Source: Candidatus Thorarchaeota archaeon (GTDB lineage: Archaea; Asgardarchaeota; Thorarchaeia; Thorarchaeales; Thorarchaeaceae). Taken from it: 56,504 nt of DNA. The stretch covers positions 1-56,504 of the forward strand of contig JBHLRQ010000008.1 in the NCBI GenBank assembly GCA_048882385.1. Direction: 5' to 3'. The translations under genes were made by a program, and so were the position numbers. Positions 1 to 10,261 of this stretch are shown piece by piece. The notes under the pieces were generated by a model, which was given only the letters and a program-made list of their open reading frames with translations, was not told the DNA's origin and did no database searches. Each line of letters begins with the position of its first letter. Position 1 is the first letter of the stretch.

Positions 1-153
1 ACCCTTGTACATACCAAGACGTAGAATGACAGCTCGCTCATACTCCTTCACTATTTTTATTCCAGATAGAATGAAAACAAACGTGAACATTGTGATAAGC
101 CCAATCAAAATGATAAATAAATAAGATTCCAAAGTTTGCAAAACAAATCTCAT
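1..153 (-). CDS. SPFH/band 7 (stomatin/prohibitin-like) protein, N-terminal part, truncated by window edge
   Basis: Manual translation from ATG at 153: MRFVLQTLESYLFIILIGLITMFTFVFILSGIKIVKEYERAVILRLGMYKG. A TM helix followed by the typical stomatin IKIVKEYERAVIxRLG motif. Not in the ORF track. Confidence 0.85.
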   Translation of the reverse strand, partial: MRFVLQTLESYLFIILIGLITMFTFVFILSGIKIVKEYERAVILRLGMYKG

Positions 154-232
154 GATAGTCACTTTTTGCCCCAAAAAAAGATTGTGTTGAGATTGATAGG
201 AGTTTATCTGACCCTCAATAGTACGGACTAGC

Positions 233-748
233 ATGACGCGGAGCTCCCAGACCAAGTTGTCAGATTTTGGAGATGTAGAGGATGAGGCACGACAATCCAG
301 TCACGCAGTAGTGACTGAGTTCGGCAAATCGAAGGATCGCAAGTCGGAGAGAAAGCTCTGGCAAAAGACGACAAAGAAAGATGAGGAATGGGGTGTTTGC
401 AACTTCGATGAAACCGTCTTTCTGGTCCAGATTATCGATGGCCGACTCCATGCTCATGGAATGGAGGCTGTATGCAAGTGGTGCGATGGAGTGTTGGAGA
501 TTCGCGAAGAGGTCAAGGCCTTCTGCGGTGGCCGCTGTGGGAGATACCAGGGTGAGTTCTCACAAGACCTTAATGACTACCTCCGCTGGGAAGGTGTCAA
601 GTCCTATACACTCAGGAAGATAGTGTCCGAGGCTGAGGCAATCGAGCTAGAATCAAGAGACCTCGAACCAATACAATATGCACCAAAGTGGTCCGTGCTC
701 TATGAATATGAGGACGAAGCTGAGTTTGAAGAGTTCACGAAAGAGTAA
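233..748 (+). CDS. hypothetical protein with putative zinc ribbon
   Basis: 171-aa ORF with CKWC...CGGRC cysteine cluster and acidic C-terminus. Confidence 0.6.
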   Translation: MTRSSQTKLSDFGDVEDEARQSSHAVVTEFGKSKDRKSERKLWQKTTKKDEEWGVCNFDETVFLVQIIDGRLHAHGMEAVCKWCDGVLEIREEVKAFCGGRCGRYQGEFSQDLNDYLRWEGVKSYTLRKIVSEAEAIELESRDLEPIQYAPKWSVLYEYEDEAEFEEFTKE

Positions 749-791
749 TTAATGGCATAGTTAATGTACTTAGAATCCTTGGTGATAAACC

Positions 792-1154
792 ATGACAGAG
801 ATTCCTATGGCCGAAGCAGGTCCATCACGAGGAGCTGCTGCACCAGAGGTGCGAAATGCCGGGATCCTCCTATTATTGGCATCCATCACTGGCTTTATTG
901 TTGGCGGTGTTGAATACTATCTTTGGGAGGAAGAGCTCGCACTCTTGGGAGTAGTTCTTGCAATAGTTGGATTCTGCTTGTATACACAAGTGATAAAGGC
1001 AGACTATTCTGCCTGGATGATGACAGTGATTTTCAATATCATTGCAATCTTTCTTTATGCCACAGGCTCTAACTGGGGTGGGGTAGCTTTGAGCCTGATC
1101 TGTGTTATCTACTTCAACATGCCGAATGTGAAAGTTCACTTTGAGCAGAGTTGA
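792..1154 (+). CDS. small 4-TM membrane protein
   Basis: Four hydrophobic segments; GGTGA SD-like sequence upstream. Confidence 0.7.
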   Translation: MTEIPMAEAGPSRGAAAPEVRNAGILLLLASITGFIVGGVEYYLWEEELALLGVVLAIVGFCLYTQVIKADYSAWMMTVIFNIIAIFLYATGSNWGGVALSLICVIYFNMPNVKVHFEQS

Positions 1155-1160
1155 TGAGTG

Positions 1161-1193
1161 AAGGCTGGTCAATCCAGCCTTTCCCCTCTTTTT
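1161..1193 (+). terminator. hairpin followed by pyrimidine/T-tract between convergent genes
   Basis: AAGGCTGG-tcaat-CCAGCCTT followed by TCCCCTCTTTTT. Confidence 0.55.
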
Positions 1194-2069
1194 CTAGAGA
1201 CTCTTTTCAAAGAGGAGAAACCGTCTGCCAATAAATTCCTCATTGACATAGCCCAAATATTGAGCCCATTCAGTAGTATTTGGTCCAAGGAAGAAAACTG
1301 CTCGGTCAACACCTGCATTTTCTGATTCATCAATCATTCTCGACATTATGTCCACAAATGCCGATCTATTTGTGGCAAAGACTGTGTAGGCAGAAGTTTT
1401 CTCTTCCTTCCTCTCTCGTTCTGTAACACAGTACATTGCTTGGGGAATACCAGATTCATCAACAACAACCTTGTTGTTTGCTCGAGTAAGGAGCCTGGTC
1501 AGTCCATCAGGTGTCTTGTAGTCGAAGTGCCAGGCAAGAGGAAACTTATCCCCAGGAACCAGTTCTGGATTGATTTGAAGGAGCTCGAACATTCTTTCAG
1601 GATCGACCTGAACCGGTACAATACTAGGACTTGGTTTCGAATGGGGAGGAAAAGGTTTGTAGAGTCGGAAGTAACCAGTACTAGCCACCTTCTCAAACCC
1701 CGTCTTCTCGGCTACTGTAATGGAGGCAATGTTTCTGGAACTGGTAGCATACCAAAGTTTTGTGATTCCTTTCTCTCTCGCTAGTTCAGAGAGGGTTAAT
1801 GTCACTGATGTGGCATGTCCCTTTCCCCTGTGAATATCCTTGACCCTAAGACCTTGTAGCCATGCAATTGTCGTACCTTCAGTCCTCTCAACATTCCCAA
1901 TGGCAATGAGTTCCTCTTCATTGAAAAGTCCAATAGTATGAGCTAGAGGATTATCTACCCAGGTAGGGAAAATATCCGGGACATAGTCATTTCCTTCCCA
2001 AATTGATTCGCAGAGAATCTTTACTTGCTCAAGGTCCCCTTTGGTCAAATCACGAATATTACTAGCCAT
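1194..2069 (-). CDS. GNAT-family N-acetyltransferase
   Basis: WLQGLRVKDIHRGKGHAT acetyl-CoA binding motif; NIASITVAEKTGF motif B. Confidence 0.85.
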   Translation of the reverse strand: MASNIRDLTKGDLEQVKILCESIWEGNDYVPDIFPTWVDNPLAHTIGLFNEEELIAIGNVERTEGTTIAWLQGLRVKDIHRGKGHATSVTLTLSELAREKGITKLWYATSSRNIASITVAEKTGFEKVASTGYFRLYKPFPPHSKPSPSIVPVQVDPERMFELLQINPELVPGDKFPLAWHFDYKTPDGLTRLLTRANNKVVVDESGIPQAMYCVTERERKEEKTSAYTVFATNRSAFVDIMSRMIDESENAGVDRAVFFLGPNTTEWAQYLGYVNEEFIGRRFLLFEKSL

Positions 2070-2330
2070 GGTATCTTTGCGAGATGAAGCACCTTAAGAA
2101 TCGTGTGAAGCAGCTCTTCCAATCACTTCAGGTTCAGCTACGTAAAGTACATTCATGCACTCTATTCTCAAGTTCTGCTCAATTTCCATGATGATACTTA
2201 TATAGAAGTTCACTCATAACTTTGGTCTACTTGGCTGCATGGAATTTTTCACATATACAATGAAGTGGGTGGGGACCTGCGTAAACGTATCTTCATGGTA
2301 TACTATGTAATGAGGAGGAAGAATAAGAAA

Positions 2331-5300
2331 ATGAGAAAAAGAGTAGTGCTTATTGCGTTAGCAACAGTTCTGGTTCTGACTCTAGCTTCCGTTCCAGCAT
2401 TTTCTGGAATTGAAGGATTGACTGTAGAATCGAAAAACCAGATGATGATTGCTCAATGTATAGAACCACCTTCCGGAGTTGTTAGCTGGTGGACAGGCGA
2501 TGGACATTATCGTGATGTTGCTGGAGTAAATCCAATGAATCCGGAGTACGACACAACATTTGCTCCAGGTATGGTCGATGAAGCATTTAGCTTTGATGGT
2601 GTTGACGATTTCATGTGGGCGACAGGTGAAGGAATTGACCATTTGCAGGAGTTGACAATCGAAGCATGGGTGTATCTGAATTCTTTGCCTGATAGGATAA
2701 TGCGCTTTGTGACCCTTGCACCTCCGGGTCTCGAGAGAGCGGTGATTCGTTATGGTTGGCGGAGTGCAGAAGGTTTGGGTCAGTTGCACTTCTATATGAG
2801 AATTGGAGATGAAACAATTCCATTCAAGAGTCTGAGAGTAGAGAATGTTCTGCAAACTGGAGTTTGGCATCATGTTGCTGGGACGTTTGATGGCGAATAT
2901 ATGCGCGTCTATCTGGATGGCGAGGAAAAGGCATTCCGCTACACACCAGGTCCAATCGCAATCGGTGAGAATCATGGTGTGAGAATGAGTTCATATGATG
3001 AGCCTCTTGACGGTCGACTTGATGAAGTGGCTGTCTATAATCGTGCCTTAGATCCATCAGAGATTCAATCTATCTTTGACGCAGGGAGTGAGGGTAAGTG
3101 CAGACCTCAAGACATTGTCCGGGATCCTGAATATCTGAATCTTGGCGTTGTTGACATTGGCGACCACAGTAAAGGAATAGTTACAGTCACAAATGAGGGA
3201 GATTACCCATTAACCATATTCGAAGCAGAACTTCTACCTTGGTCATGTGAGGACCTATCTATCTCAATGTACTCTGACCAGGTTAATGATATCACTTCAG
3301 GTTTGAGTATGGGCATGGGAAATGGTATTCCAGGAAGTCTTTACCAAAGTTTTGTACCAGCAGCAAGTCCTTTGTTAGCTGCAAGTATTAGATTGAGGGT
3401 AGGAGGTTATTTCCCTGATACAGGATATACCACGACAATTAACCTAAGATCCGGAACCTGGGATGGGCCTATCCTTGCCACTGCTTCTGCATATATTCCT
3501 GGTTACATAACAAGTGGGCAACAAGTGGATGTACTTTTCCAGTTCCAAGCTGACATTGCTGTGAATCCAGGGACGACATATATCATAGAATGGATATCTC
3601 CTCTAGAAGGCGGTTCATGGTTAAGTTGGATGGCTTCAGATGAAAATCCATATTCAGGAGGTAATGTATTCAACCACTTGGGTGATCCATATGTAGATCG
3701 GGACTTCGTTTTTGCAACTTTCGTTCCGAAGGATGTAATGTGTGATCAAAGCAATTTTGAAAGTACGGGAACGAACATATATTTAGGAATTCCTGGGAGT
3801 CTTTACCAGAGCTTCGTGCCAACTGCAACTTCAATGATAGCAGCAAGTATAAGGCTAAGAGCTGGAGTTTCTTTCCCTGAGTATGGTTATGAATCGACGA
3901 TTAGAATACGATATGGTTCATGGGATGGTCCAGTCATTGCAACTTCATCAGAATACATCAATGGTCCTCTACTGGTAGGAGAGCAAGTAGACAAGTTGTA
4001 TAGATTCCCAGATGGTGTAGAACTGACTCCAGGAGAAACATACTTCATAGAATGGATTTCGCCAATACAAGGAGGATCTTATCTTAGCTGGATGGCTTCG
4101 GATCTAAATTCGTATCCAGATGGTACCGCGATTGGTCCGTCTGGAGATCCAATAGAAAACATAGATTTCGTCTTTGCTACATACTTACCTATTGTCCTGT
4201 TACCTGGAGGTTCTTTCAAGATTGGAATAACTTACACTCCTACATTCATAGGCGAGTGTGTTGGTGAACTTGTAATCTTTAGTAATGATCCAGGTGAACA
4301 TGTGATCTATGTTCCGATGTCTGGTCGTTCAACACTTGCACATAGTGCCTGGATTGAATACCCAGTTTTCTTGGATGGTCAAATATCATACGCTGATGAG
4401 TGGGCAGATACGGAGCCAGTAGAGGTACATCCTAGGCGAGCTTGGAACTGGCCCAATAAAATGGAAGAGGTCACAGACATTTCCTACTATGCTCGCTTTA
4501 AGAACGACGATGAATGGCTATACCTTTTGTATGAGGCTACATGGACATCCACATTTAGCTCACCAGAAGCAGCCGCAGTATCAATGTTCTTCTTTGGTGG
4601 CAATCCAAATACAGACAGTGATGCGGGTTGGGTTGTTCTTGGTGGTGGTACTTGGGATCCATATGGCTGGAGTGGCGGCGGCTGGTTTTCTGATGTGGAC
4701 ACCAGCACGGGGACGAATGATGTAGAAGGTACAGGATATTTCGACGGAACTACATACTGGTTTGAATTCAGAAAGAGGTTGGACTCAGGGGATGGCTATG
4801 ATTGGAGTTTTGAGCCCGGTGATCTTATGGGTAATCGTATCAACCCATGGGCTCCACCGCATATGCTCATCAATATGTGGGATAGTGACACACAGTCTAC
4901 CTATGAACAAAATGTTGCAGTTCAATTGTCAACATTGACCTTCAACGACTACAAATTAAACAACGACATGCTCCGTTTCGAAAGGAAAGATGATGTAATT
5001 CACATTTTTGCTTTCGATGATGTTGGAACTGAAGGCCAACCACCTGCAGTCGTCAGATTTGGCCAACCTCTAATTATTGGCTTTGAGTGGACTACTACCC
5101 CTGATGCTTCTGTTAAAGAATTCAGTGACCTAATCATTGGGAATCCGGAGCATAAGATCTGTATGACCTACGATGGAAGTGCAGCAATGTCACTCAAGTC
5201 TTGGTACCAAGAGTGTTTCTATGCTGAAACTTTCAATGGTCCTAGGTGGATGTGGGATCATGACGGAGACGGACCTGGTGATAGAGATAGAGATGGTATA

Positions 5301-5438
5301 GGTGACTGGTTAGGGCCTGTAATCTTCTTCCGCTATGAAGTCTTTAAACTCCCAAGAGGAACTCATACATTTGAGTTCGCGGTCTACATTGGTTCAGTTC
5401 CAGTGTATTTAGACATAGTGACAGTGATAGTTCGGTGA
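2331..5438 (+). CDS. large secreted multidomain protein (LamG-like, split Ig-like/choice-of-anchor D, tandem repeats, CBM9/DOMON-like, Asp-rich putative Ca-binding tail)
   Basis: Signal peptide MRKRVVLIALATVLVLTLA with GAGGAGG upstream; LamG motifs TIEAWV, WHHVAGTFDG, GRLDEVAVYNRAL; DHDGDGPGDRDRDG near the C-terminus. Confidence 0.8.
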   Translation: MRKRVVLIALATVLVLTLASVPAFSGIEGLTVESKNQMMIAQCIEPPSGVVSWWTGDGHYRDVAGVNPMNPEYDTTFAPGMVDEAFSFDGVDDFMWATGEGIDHLQELTIEAWVYLNSLPDRIMRFVTLAPPGLERAVIRYGWRSAEGLGQLHFYMRIGDETIPFKSLRVENVLQTGVWHHVAGTFDGEYMRVYLDGEEKAFRYTPGPIAIGENHGVRMSSYDEPLDGRLDEVAVYNRALDPSEIQSIFDAGSEGKCRPQDIVRDPEYLNLGVVDIGDHSKGIVTVTNEGDYPLTIFEAELLPWSCEDLSISMYSDQVNDITSGLSMGMGNGIPGSLYQSFVPAASPLLAASIRLRVGGYFPDTGYTTTINLRSGTWDGPILATASAYIPGYITSGQQVDVLFQFQADIAVNPGTTYIIEWISPLEGGSWLSWMASDENPYSGGNVFNHLGDPYVDRDFVFATFVPKDVMCDQSNFESTGTNIYLGIPGSLYQSFVPTATSMIAASIRLRAGVSFPEYGYESTIRIRYGSWDGPVIATSSEYINGPLLVGEQVDKLYRFPDGVELTPGETYFIEWISPIQGGSYLSWMASDLNSYPDGTAIGPSGDPIENIDFVFATYLPIVLLPGGSFKIGITYTPTFIGECVGELVIFSNDPGEHVIYVPMSGRSTLAHSAWIEYPVFLDGQISYADEWADTEPVEVHPRRAWNWPNKMEEVTDISYYARFKNDDEWLYLLYEATWTSTFSSPEAAAVSMFFFGGNPNTDSDAGWVVLGGGTWDPYGWSGGGWFSDVDTSTGTNDVEGTGYFDGTTYWFEFRKRLDSGDGYDWSFEPGDLMGNRINPWAPPHMLINMWDSDTQSTYEQNVAVQLSTLTFNDYKLNNDMLRFERKDDVIHIFAFDDVGTEGQPPAVVRFGQPLIIGFEWTTTPDASVKEFSDLIIGNPEHKICMTYDGSAAMSLKSWYQECFYAETFNGPRWMWDHDGDGPGDRDRDGIGDWLGPVIFFRYEVFKLPRGTHTFEFAVYIGSVPVYLDIVTVIVR
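3276..4190 (+). repeat. two ~150-aa tandem intragenic repeats
   Basis: Both copies (about 3276-3728 and 3744-4190) share GIPGSLYQSFVP, AASIRLR, WDGP, TYxIEWISP, LSWMASD and DFVFAT. Confidence 0.85.
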
Positions 5439-5457
5439 CCATTCAATAGGAAAGAAA

Positions 5458-5494
5458 ACTAGCGGGTGGTAACACCTGCTAGTCCTTATTTTCT
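5458..5494. terminator. GC-rich hairpin between convergent genes, possibly bidirectional
   Basis: ACTAGCGGGTG-gtaa-CACCTGCTAGT, with an A-rich left flank and a T-rich right flank. Confidence 0.55.
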
Positions 5495-6331
5495 TTAGTC
5501 ATTCTGAAGTATTAGGCAATAGTGATGATGTACGTTTGAAACATATGTAGTTGGATAACCCCAGCAACCAAGTTTCTTGTTGTTTTGACACCAGATCATC
5601 TCTTGACGAAGATCATAATCAGATGAGAGACCTCGAGCGAGATCCCAAGCAATTGGTTTCATAGCACCATCAATATCTCTCATGTTCTGGACCACAACCG
5701 TAATGTATGCTTTTTCACGCAAGACTGGCTTTAGTCCAATCAAAATCTTGCAGACTGCATCAATATATTCATCATAGTCTTCTATGTTTCCAAGATCATT
5801 TTCAAATTCAGTATAGTATTGCTTCAATCCGTTTTCCTGTCGCTGTTTATGCACAGACTCGTTTCCACCACGAGATTTTCTTAGCATGTTCCAATAAGGT
5901 GGTGATGTGATTATGTAATCAAATATTTTCGAGTGATTATTGAAGTGTTCCAATAACAGTTCTTTTGATTTCGCTGCATCTCCATGAATAAGCAATTGGT
6001 GACCACTACCAGTCACCTGTTTAAGTGCCTCTTGTCCGATTGCCACGAACTCTTTGCACAGCTCAATCCCTACTGCATTCCTACCCAACTCCCGACATGC
6101 AATTAGGGTACTCCCAACTCCTGCGAATGGATCTAAGACCCAACCTCCATCCTTTGTAAAGAATTTCAAAAATCTCTCGACAAGAACTTCAGGGAATTTT
6201 GCAGGGTGTTGCATCTGAGCAGTAGACCTAGATTTAGGATTTACAATAAACCAGGATTTTGTGGCTTTCACCCATTCTTTTCCATCAAGATTGTTGAGTC
6301 GATTTTGGGAACTTGTCAATACCACCACCAA
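5495..6331 (-). CDS. orphan amino-DNA methyltransferase (m4C/m6A type)
   Basis: HPAKFP, VLDPFAGVGST (motif I) and TSPPY (motif IV). Confidence 0.85.
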   Translation of the reverse strand: MVVVLTSSQNRLNNLDGKEWVKATKSWFIVNPKSRSTAQMQHPAKFPEVLVERFLKFFTKDGGWVLDPFAGVGSTLIACRELGRNAVGIELCKEFVAIGQEALKQVTGSGHQLLIHGDAAKSKELLLEHFNNHSKIFDYIITSPPYWNMLRKSRGGNESVHKQRQENGLKQYYTEFENDLGNIEDYDEYIDAVCKILIGLKPVLREKAYITVVVQNMRDIDGAMKPIAWDLARGLSSDYDLRQEMIWCQNNKKLGCWGYPTTYVSNVHHHYCLILQND

Positions 6332-6456
6332 TTGACAAGAGTAAACTATGCCAATTCATAAGTCTACCCGAAGACATTCTAAACTCTGTTTCAATAGTGC
6401 GATTACTTTTAATTGAGTGAGTTCAAGCCCTATAGAAAGAGAAAGAGGAATGATTA

Positions 6457-7521
6457 ATGAAGTCCATCTGGAAACAGAAGAGTGGATTACTAGTAGGCTT
6501 AATTATCGGAATACTTCTAGGAGCTGGTGGACTTATCTTTATCAGCCCGCCACCCGGAGGTTCAGGAATTCAGGGAACAATTACTACTGCTGGTTCATCA
6601 ACAGTATATCCTCTCTCTCTAATATGGGCAACTCATCTTAATGAAACATATCCTGGTTTAACGCTTAATCCTAGCTCAGGTGGATCCGGATTGGGTCAAT
6701 CTTTGGTTGGTCAGGAGCTCATTGATATCGGAGCATCAAGCTCCTATCCAACACCAGAATATATCTTTGATAATCCTAGTGTGGAAATTCTCCCTGTTTC
6801 AGCTGATGCTCTAGGCGTAGTTGTTAACGAGGGTGTTAATGGGTCAACATTCAAGATGGATTGCGACATGGTAGTGGCTGTCTTTCAACGAAACATCACT
6901 ACTTGGGCTGAATTTGCTAGTACATTTGACGTCACTGTGCAATCGACAGGACCAATTCGTGTATATGTAAGATCAGATGCAAGTGGAACAACAGCCACCT
7001 TTGCAAGATGGCTTGAAACTGCTGATCAAAATACAAATGACAATGGAGCTGAATATCTATGGAACCTTGGACACGAAGAAGCTATTTCATTTCCATCAGG
7101 AGTATCTGCAGTGGATGGGAATCCAGGAGTTGCATCTGGAGTAGCGAGCGATTCGAATGCAATTGGGTATGTTGGATTGGCGTTTATGGGTGATTTAGTT
7201 CCTGCTGATTTATACAATCCTGGTAATGGTGAATGGGTTTCACCATCTCTGGATAATGCTGTGAAAGCAATACCTTGGAATCTCACTGATGCAGGAGATA
7301 ATCTAATGAATTCGAATATTCCTGGATCTTATCCAATCGCAAGACTTCTTTTCTATCTCATTAATCGTAATCATTTGAATACAAACACGATTACTTTCCT
7401 TGCATGGTGTCTTGTTCAAGGCCAAAGATACGTCAGTACTGTTGGATATGTTCCAATCAACGGAACTTCAGCTCAAACTTATTCGTTGAATATTGTAGGA
7501 TCTCTTTCACCAAGTGGCTAA
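6457..7521 (+). CDS. pstS: phosphate ABC transporter substrate-binding protein
   Basis: AGSSTVYP, GGSGLG, RSDASGTT, YPIAR motifs; N-terminal TM anchor; first gene of the pst operon. Confidence 0.92.
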   Translation: MKSIWKQKSGLLVGLIIGILLGAGGLIFISPPPGGSGIQGTITTAGSSTVYPLSLIWATHLNETYPGLTLNPSSGGSGLGQSLVGQELIDIGASSSYPTPEYIFDNPSVEILPVSADALGVVVNEGVNGSTFKMDCDMVVAVFQRNITTWAEFASTFDVTVQSTGPIRVYVRSDASGTTATFARWLETADQNTNDNGAEYLWNLGHEEAISFPSGVSAVDGNPGVASGVASDSNAIGYVGLAFMGDLVPADLYNPGNGEWVSPSLDNAVKAIPWNLTDAGDNLMNSNIPGSYPIARLLFYLINRNHLNTNTITFLAWCLVQGQRYVSTVGYVPINGTSAQTYSLNIVGSLSPSG

Positions 7522-7544
7522 ACTGGAACCTTCGAGGTCTCAAC

Positions 7545-8561
7545 ATGACTGAAACTGAAATTGAAACTGTTGAACTTGAAACTGAAGCTGAGTCCAAGCT
7601 CATACTTCTATTTCAAAGATTTCATAATTCAGTCGTAACTCCACTCAAGGAATTCATGAAAGCAGATAGATCTGGAAAAGTTGACATGCTGGGAAAAGGA
7701 TTCCTTCTTATTCCTGCACTTGCGAGCATCCTAATAATTATTCTAATACTTGCTTTTCTGTGGGTAGAATCGGTTCCTATCTTTGTGGCTCCTGAAGGCG
7801 GACCCGGGATAATAGTAAGTCCCACTTGGGATCCGAGTAGAAACTTGTTTGGAATAGCAATTTTCGTAGTTGGATCACTTCTCTGTACAGGAATTGCAAT
7901 TGGCGTTGCAGTCCCACTTGGCGTGGGTGGTGCAATTTTCCTGAGCGAGTTTTGCCCGATGAAACTAAGACAACCAATCAAAATGATTATCGAAATGATG
8001 GCTGCAATACCCTCTATTGTATATGGTCTCTGGGCGTACATAGTGATGGTTCCATTCATCAAAGATGTTGTTGCACCAAGTCTTGGCATTGAATCGAGTG
8101 GTCTAAGTCTTCTGGCTGGTGGTGTCATCCTTGCTATAATGCTCTTGCCAACAATAGTTACAATAACAAATGATGCATTGCAGGCAGTACCAGCGAGTCT
8201 TAGAGAGGCTTCTCTTGCATTGGGTGCAACACAGAGTGAAACTGCGCGAAAGATTGTTGTTTCCGCTGCCTTGCCCGGTGTCGGTGCCGCTGTTGTCTTA
8301 TCTCTGGGTAGAGCTGTTGGCGAAACAATGGCTATATTGATGGTCACAGGAAATTCATTGCAGATTCCGTACTCGTTGTTTGATCCTGTCTATGTCATGA
8401 CGAGCATAATAACAAATCAACTTGGGTATGCATTTGTTTTCCCACTATGGCGTTCAGCTCTTTTTGCAGTTGGCTTGGTACTTTTGATTATGTCAATATG
8501 CTTCACATCAGTAGCAAAGTTGTTCGTCCGATGGGGAATGAAAACTAGGGGGTATATCTGA
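7545..8561 (+). CDS. pstC: phosphate ABC transporter permease PstC
   Basis: AIPSIVYGLW, EAA loop (REASLALGAT), RAVGETMA. Start set at MTETE. Confidence 0.92.
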   Translation: MTETEIETVELETEAESKLILLFQRFHNSVVTPLKEFMKADRSGKVDMLGKGFLLIPALASILIIILILAFLWVESVPIFVAPEGGPGIIVSPTWDPSRNLFGIAIFVVGSLLCTGIAIGVAVPLGVGGAIFLSEFCPMKLRQPIKMIIEMMAAIPSIVYGLWAYIVMVPFIKDVVAPSLGIESSGLSLLAGGVILAIMLLPTIVTITNDALQAVPASLREASLALGATQSETARKIVVSAALPGVGAAVVLSLGRAVGETMAILMVTGNSLQIPYSLFDPVYVMTSIITNQLGYAFVFPLWRSALFAVGLVLLIMSICFTSVAKLFVRWGMKTRGYI

Positions 8562-8564
8562 AGT

Positions 8565-9488
8565 ATGAGTGTAATTTCTGATTTCATTCATTGGCTTCGG
8601 ACAAAATACTCAACTGTCACACAATCACGTCGTCACTTCACTGATTTTATCTTCAAGACAATATTGGCAGTAGTAATCATAATCATCGTATCCCCCTTCT
8701 TTCTGGTTCTTCTTGAAGTCGCACGTACTGGATTTGTGCAGGTTTTTGGTACTGGTCCTGGTCAGGGTTTGGAATTCTTTGGAACTTTCCCTGGTGCAGG
8801 ACTTGAAGGTGGAATACGGAATGCATTCGTCGGTACTGTAGAGCTAATTGTCTTAGCGAGTGCAATGGGTATACCTCTCAGTGTTTTTGGCGCAGTCTAC
8901 ATCACTGAATACACAAGAGAAGGATATGGACGCACTGTTGTTGAATTCGCATCAGATGTTCTTGCAGGAATCCCATCGATTGTGATCGGTGCTTTTGGAT
9001 TTGCATTCCTAGTAGATTTCCTTCATTTAGGAATGGGAGTATTGGCTGGTAGTCTTACACTTGCGTTCATGATGATTCCTACTGTTTTGCGAACAACACA
9101 AGAAGCTTTGAGAGCTGTTCCTATGTCTCTTCGAGAAGCATCTTTAGCATTGGGCGCTACAAAATGGTCAACAACTTGGAATGTGACTATGCGAGCTGCG
9201 TTTCCAGGACTCATCACAGGAGTGCTTCTAGCAATTGGAAGAGTAATGGGAGAAACAGCACCACTGATTTTCACAGCAGGCAATAGTCTGAGTGTTCCAA
9301 CTGAACTAACTGGTTCAGGTTCTTGGGTAGCTTCTCTTCCTTTTACAATCTGGGCATATACTAGCGACCCAAGAGAGTACATTCAAGCGAAAGCACACGG
9401 AGCAGCTCTTGGATTAATGATTATGGTCCTTACTGTTGATGTCATCGCTAATATCATTTCAAGAAAAGTGACAAGGAGGCTTGTCTAA
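8565..9488 (+). CDS. pstA: phosphate ABC transporter permease PstA
   Basis: LAGIPSIVIG, REASLALGATKW, GRVMGETAPL. Confidence 0.92.
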   Translation: MSVISDFIHWLRTKYSTVTQSRRHFTDFIFKTILAVVIIIIVSPFFLVLLEVARTGFVQVFGTGPGQGLEFFGTFPGAGLEGGIRNAFVGTVELIVLASAMGIPLSVFGAVYITEYTREGYGRTVVEFASDVLAGIPSIVIGAFGFAFLVDFLHLGMGVLAGSLTLAFMMIPTVLRTTQEALRAVPMSLREASLALGATKWSTTWNVTMRAAFPGLITGVLLAIGRVMGETAPLIFTAGNSLSVPTELTGSGSWVASLPFTIWAYTSDPREYIQAKAHGAALGLMIMVLTVDVIANIISRKVTRRLV

Positions 9489-10252
9489 TGTCAGAATTTG
9501 AACATCATATTGAGGTCTGCAACCTCTCTACTTGGTTTGGTAAGAAAAAGATCTTGAAAAATATCTCATGTTATTTCAAGGACAATACTGTGACTGCGAT
9601 TATGGGTCCGAGTGGCTGTGGCAAATCTACTTTATTGCGTACTTTGAATAGACTGAACGATCTCGTTCCAAGTTTTCGCAGAGAAGGACAAGTTCTCTTT
9701 AGAGGTGAGGACATCTATAGTAGCGGATCAAGTGTGTACGATTTGAGAAAAAAGATAGGTATGGTATTCCAGAGACCAAATCCTTTCCCAATGAGTATAC
9801 GCGACAATATCACATATGGTCCGAAGTTGCATGGAATCAAAGATGAAGAAGAATTAGAAAAATTAGTCGAAGAATCTTTGAAGAAAGCTGCGCTTTGGGA
9901 TGAGGTGAAAGATGATTTGGACAAACCCGCACCGAATCTCTCAGGTGGTCAGCAACAGAGATTATGTATTGCGAGAGCGTTGTCGGTAGATCCACCGGTG
10001 CTTCTTGCAGATGAGCCTGTGTCTGCTCTAGATCCTATTAGTGCTGCTAAGATAGAGGAATTGATAGTAGAATTGAAGAAAGACTATACTATCATTTTAG
10101 TTACGCATAATGTTCAGCAAGCATTCAGGGTTTCAGATCAAGCTGCGTTTCTCTACTTAGGTGAGCTTGTTGAATTTGATGAAACAAAGAGAATACTGGA
10201 AGCTCCAACTGATGAGAGAACTGAAGCATTCATAACAGGAAGAATTGGTTAG
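9488..10252 (+). CDS. pstB: phosphate ABC transporter ATP-binding protein
   Basis: GPSGCGKST, VFQRPNPFPMSI, LSGGQQQRLCIAR, DEPVSALDPIS. Confidence 0.95.
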   Translation: MSEFEHHIEVCNLSTWFGKKKILKNISCYFKDNTVTAIMGPSGCGKSTLLRTLNRLNDLVPSFRREGQVLFRGEDIYSSGSSVYDLRKKIGMVFQRPNPFPMSIRDNITYGPKLHGIKDEEELEKLVEESLKKAALWDEVKDDLDKPAPNLSGGQQQRLCIARALSVDPPVLLADEPVSALDPISAAKIEELIVELKKDYTIILVTHNVQQAFRVSDQAAFLYLGELVEFDETKRILEAPTDERTEAFITGRIG

Positions 10253-10261
10253 GTGATGATT

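Noticed and set aside
7404-7544. Long N-terminal extension of pstC
   Set aside because: Overlaps pstS and reads as non-protein-like; ATG at 7545 is more plausible.
7622-8347. 241-aa antisense ORF, and many similar antisense ORFs in the track
   Set aside because: Shadows of well-supported genes on the opposite strand with no recognisable motifs.
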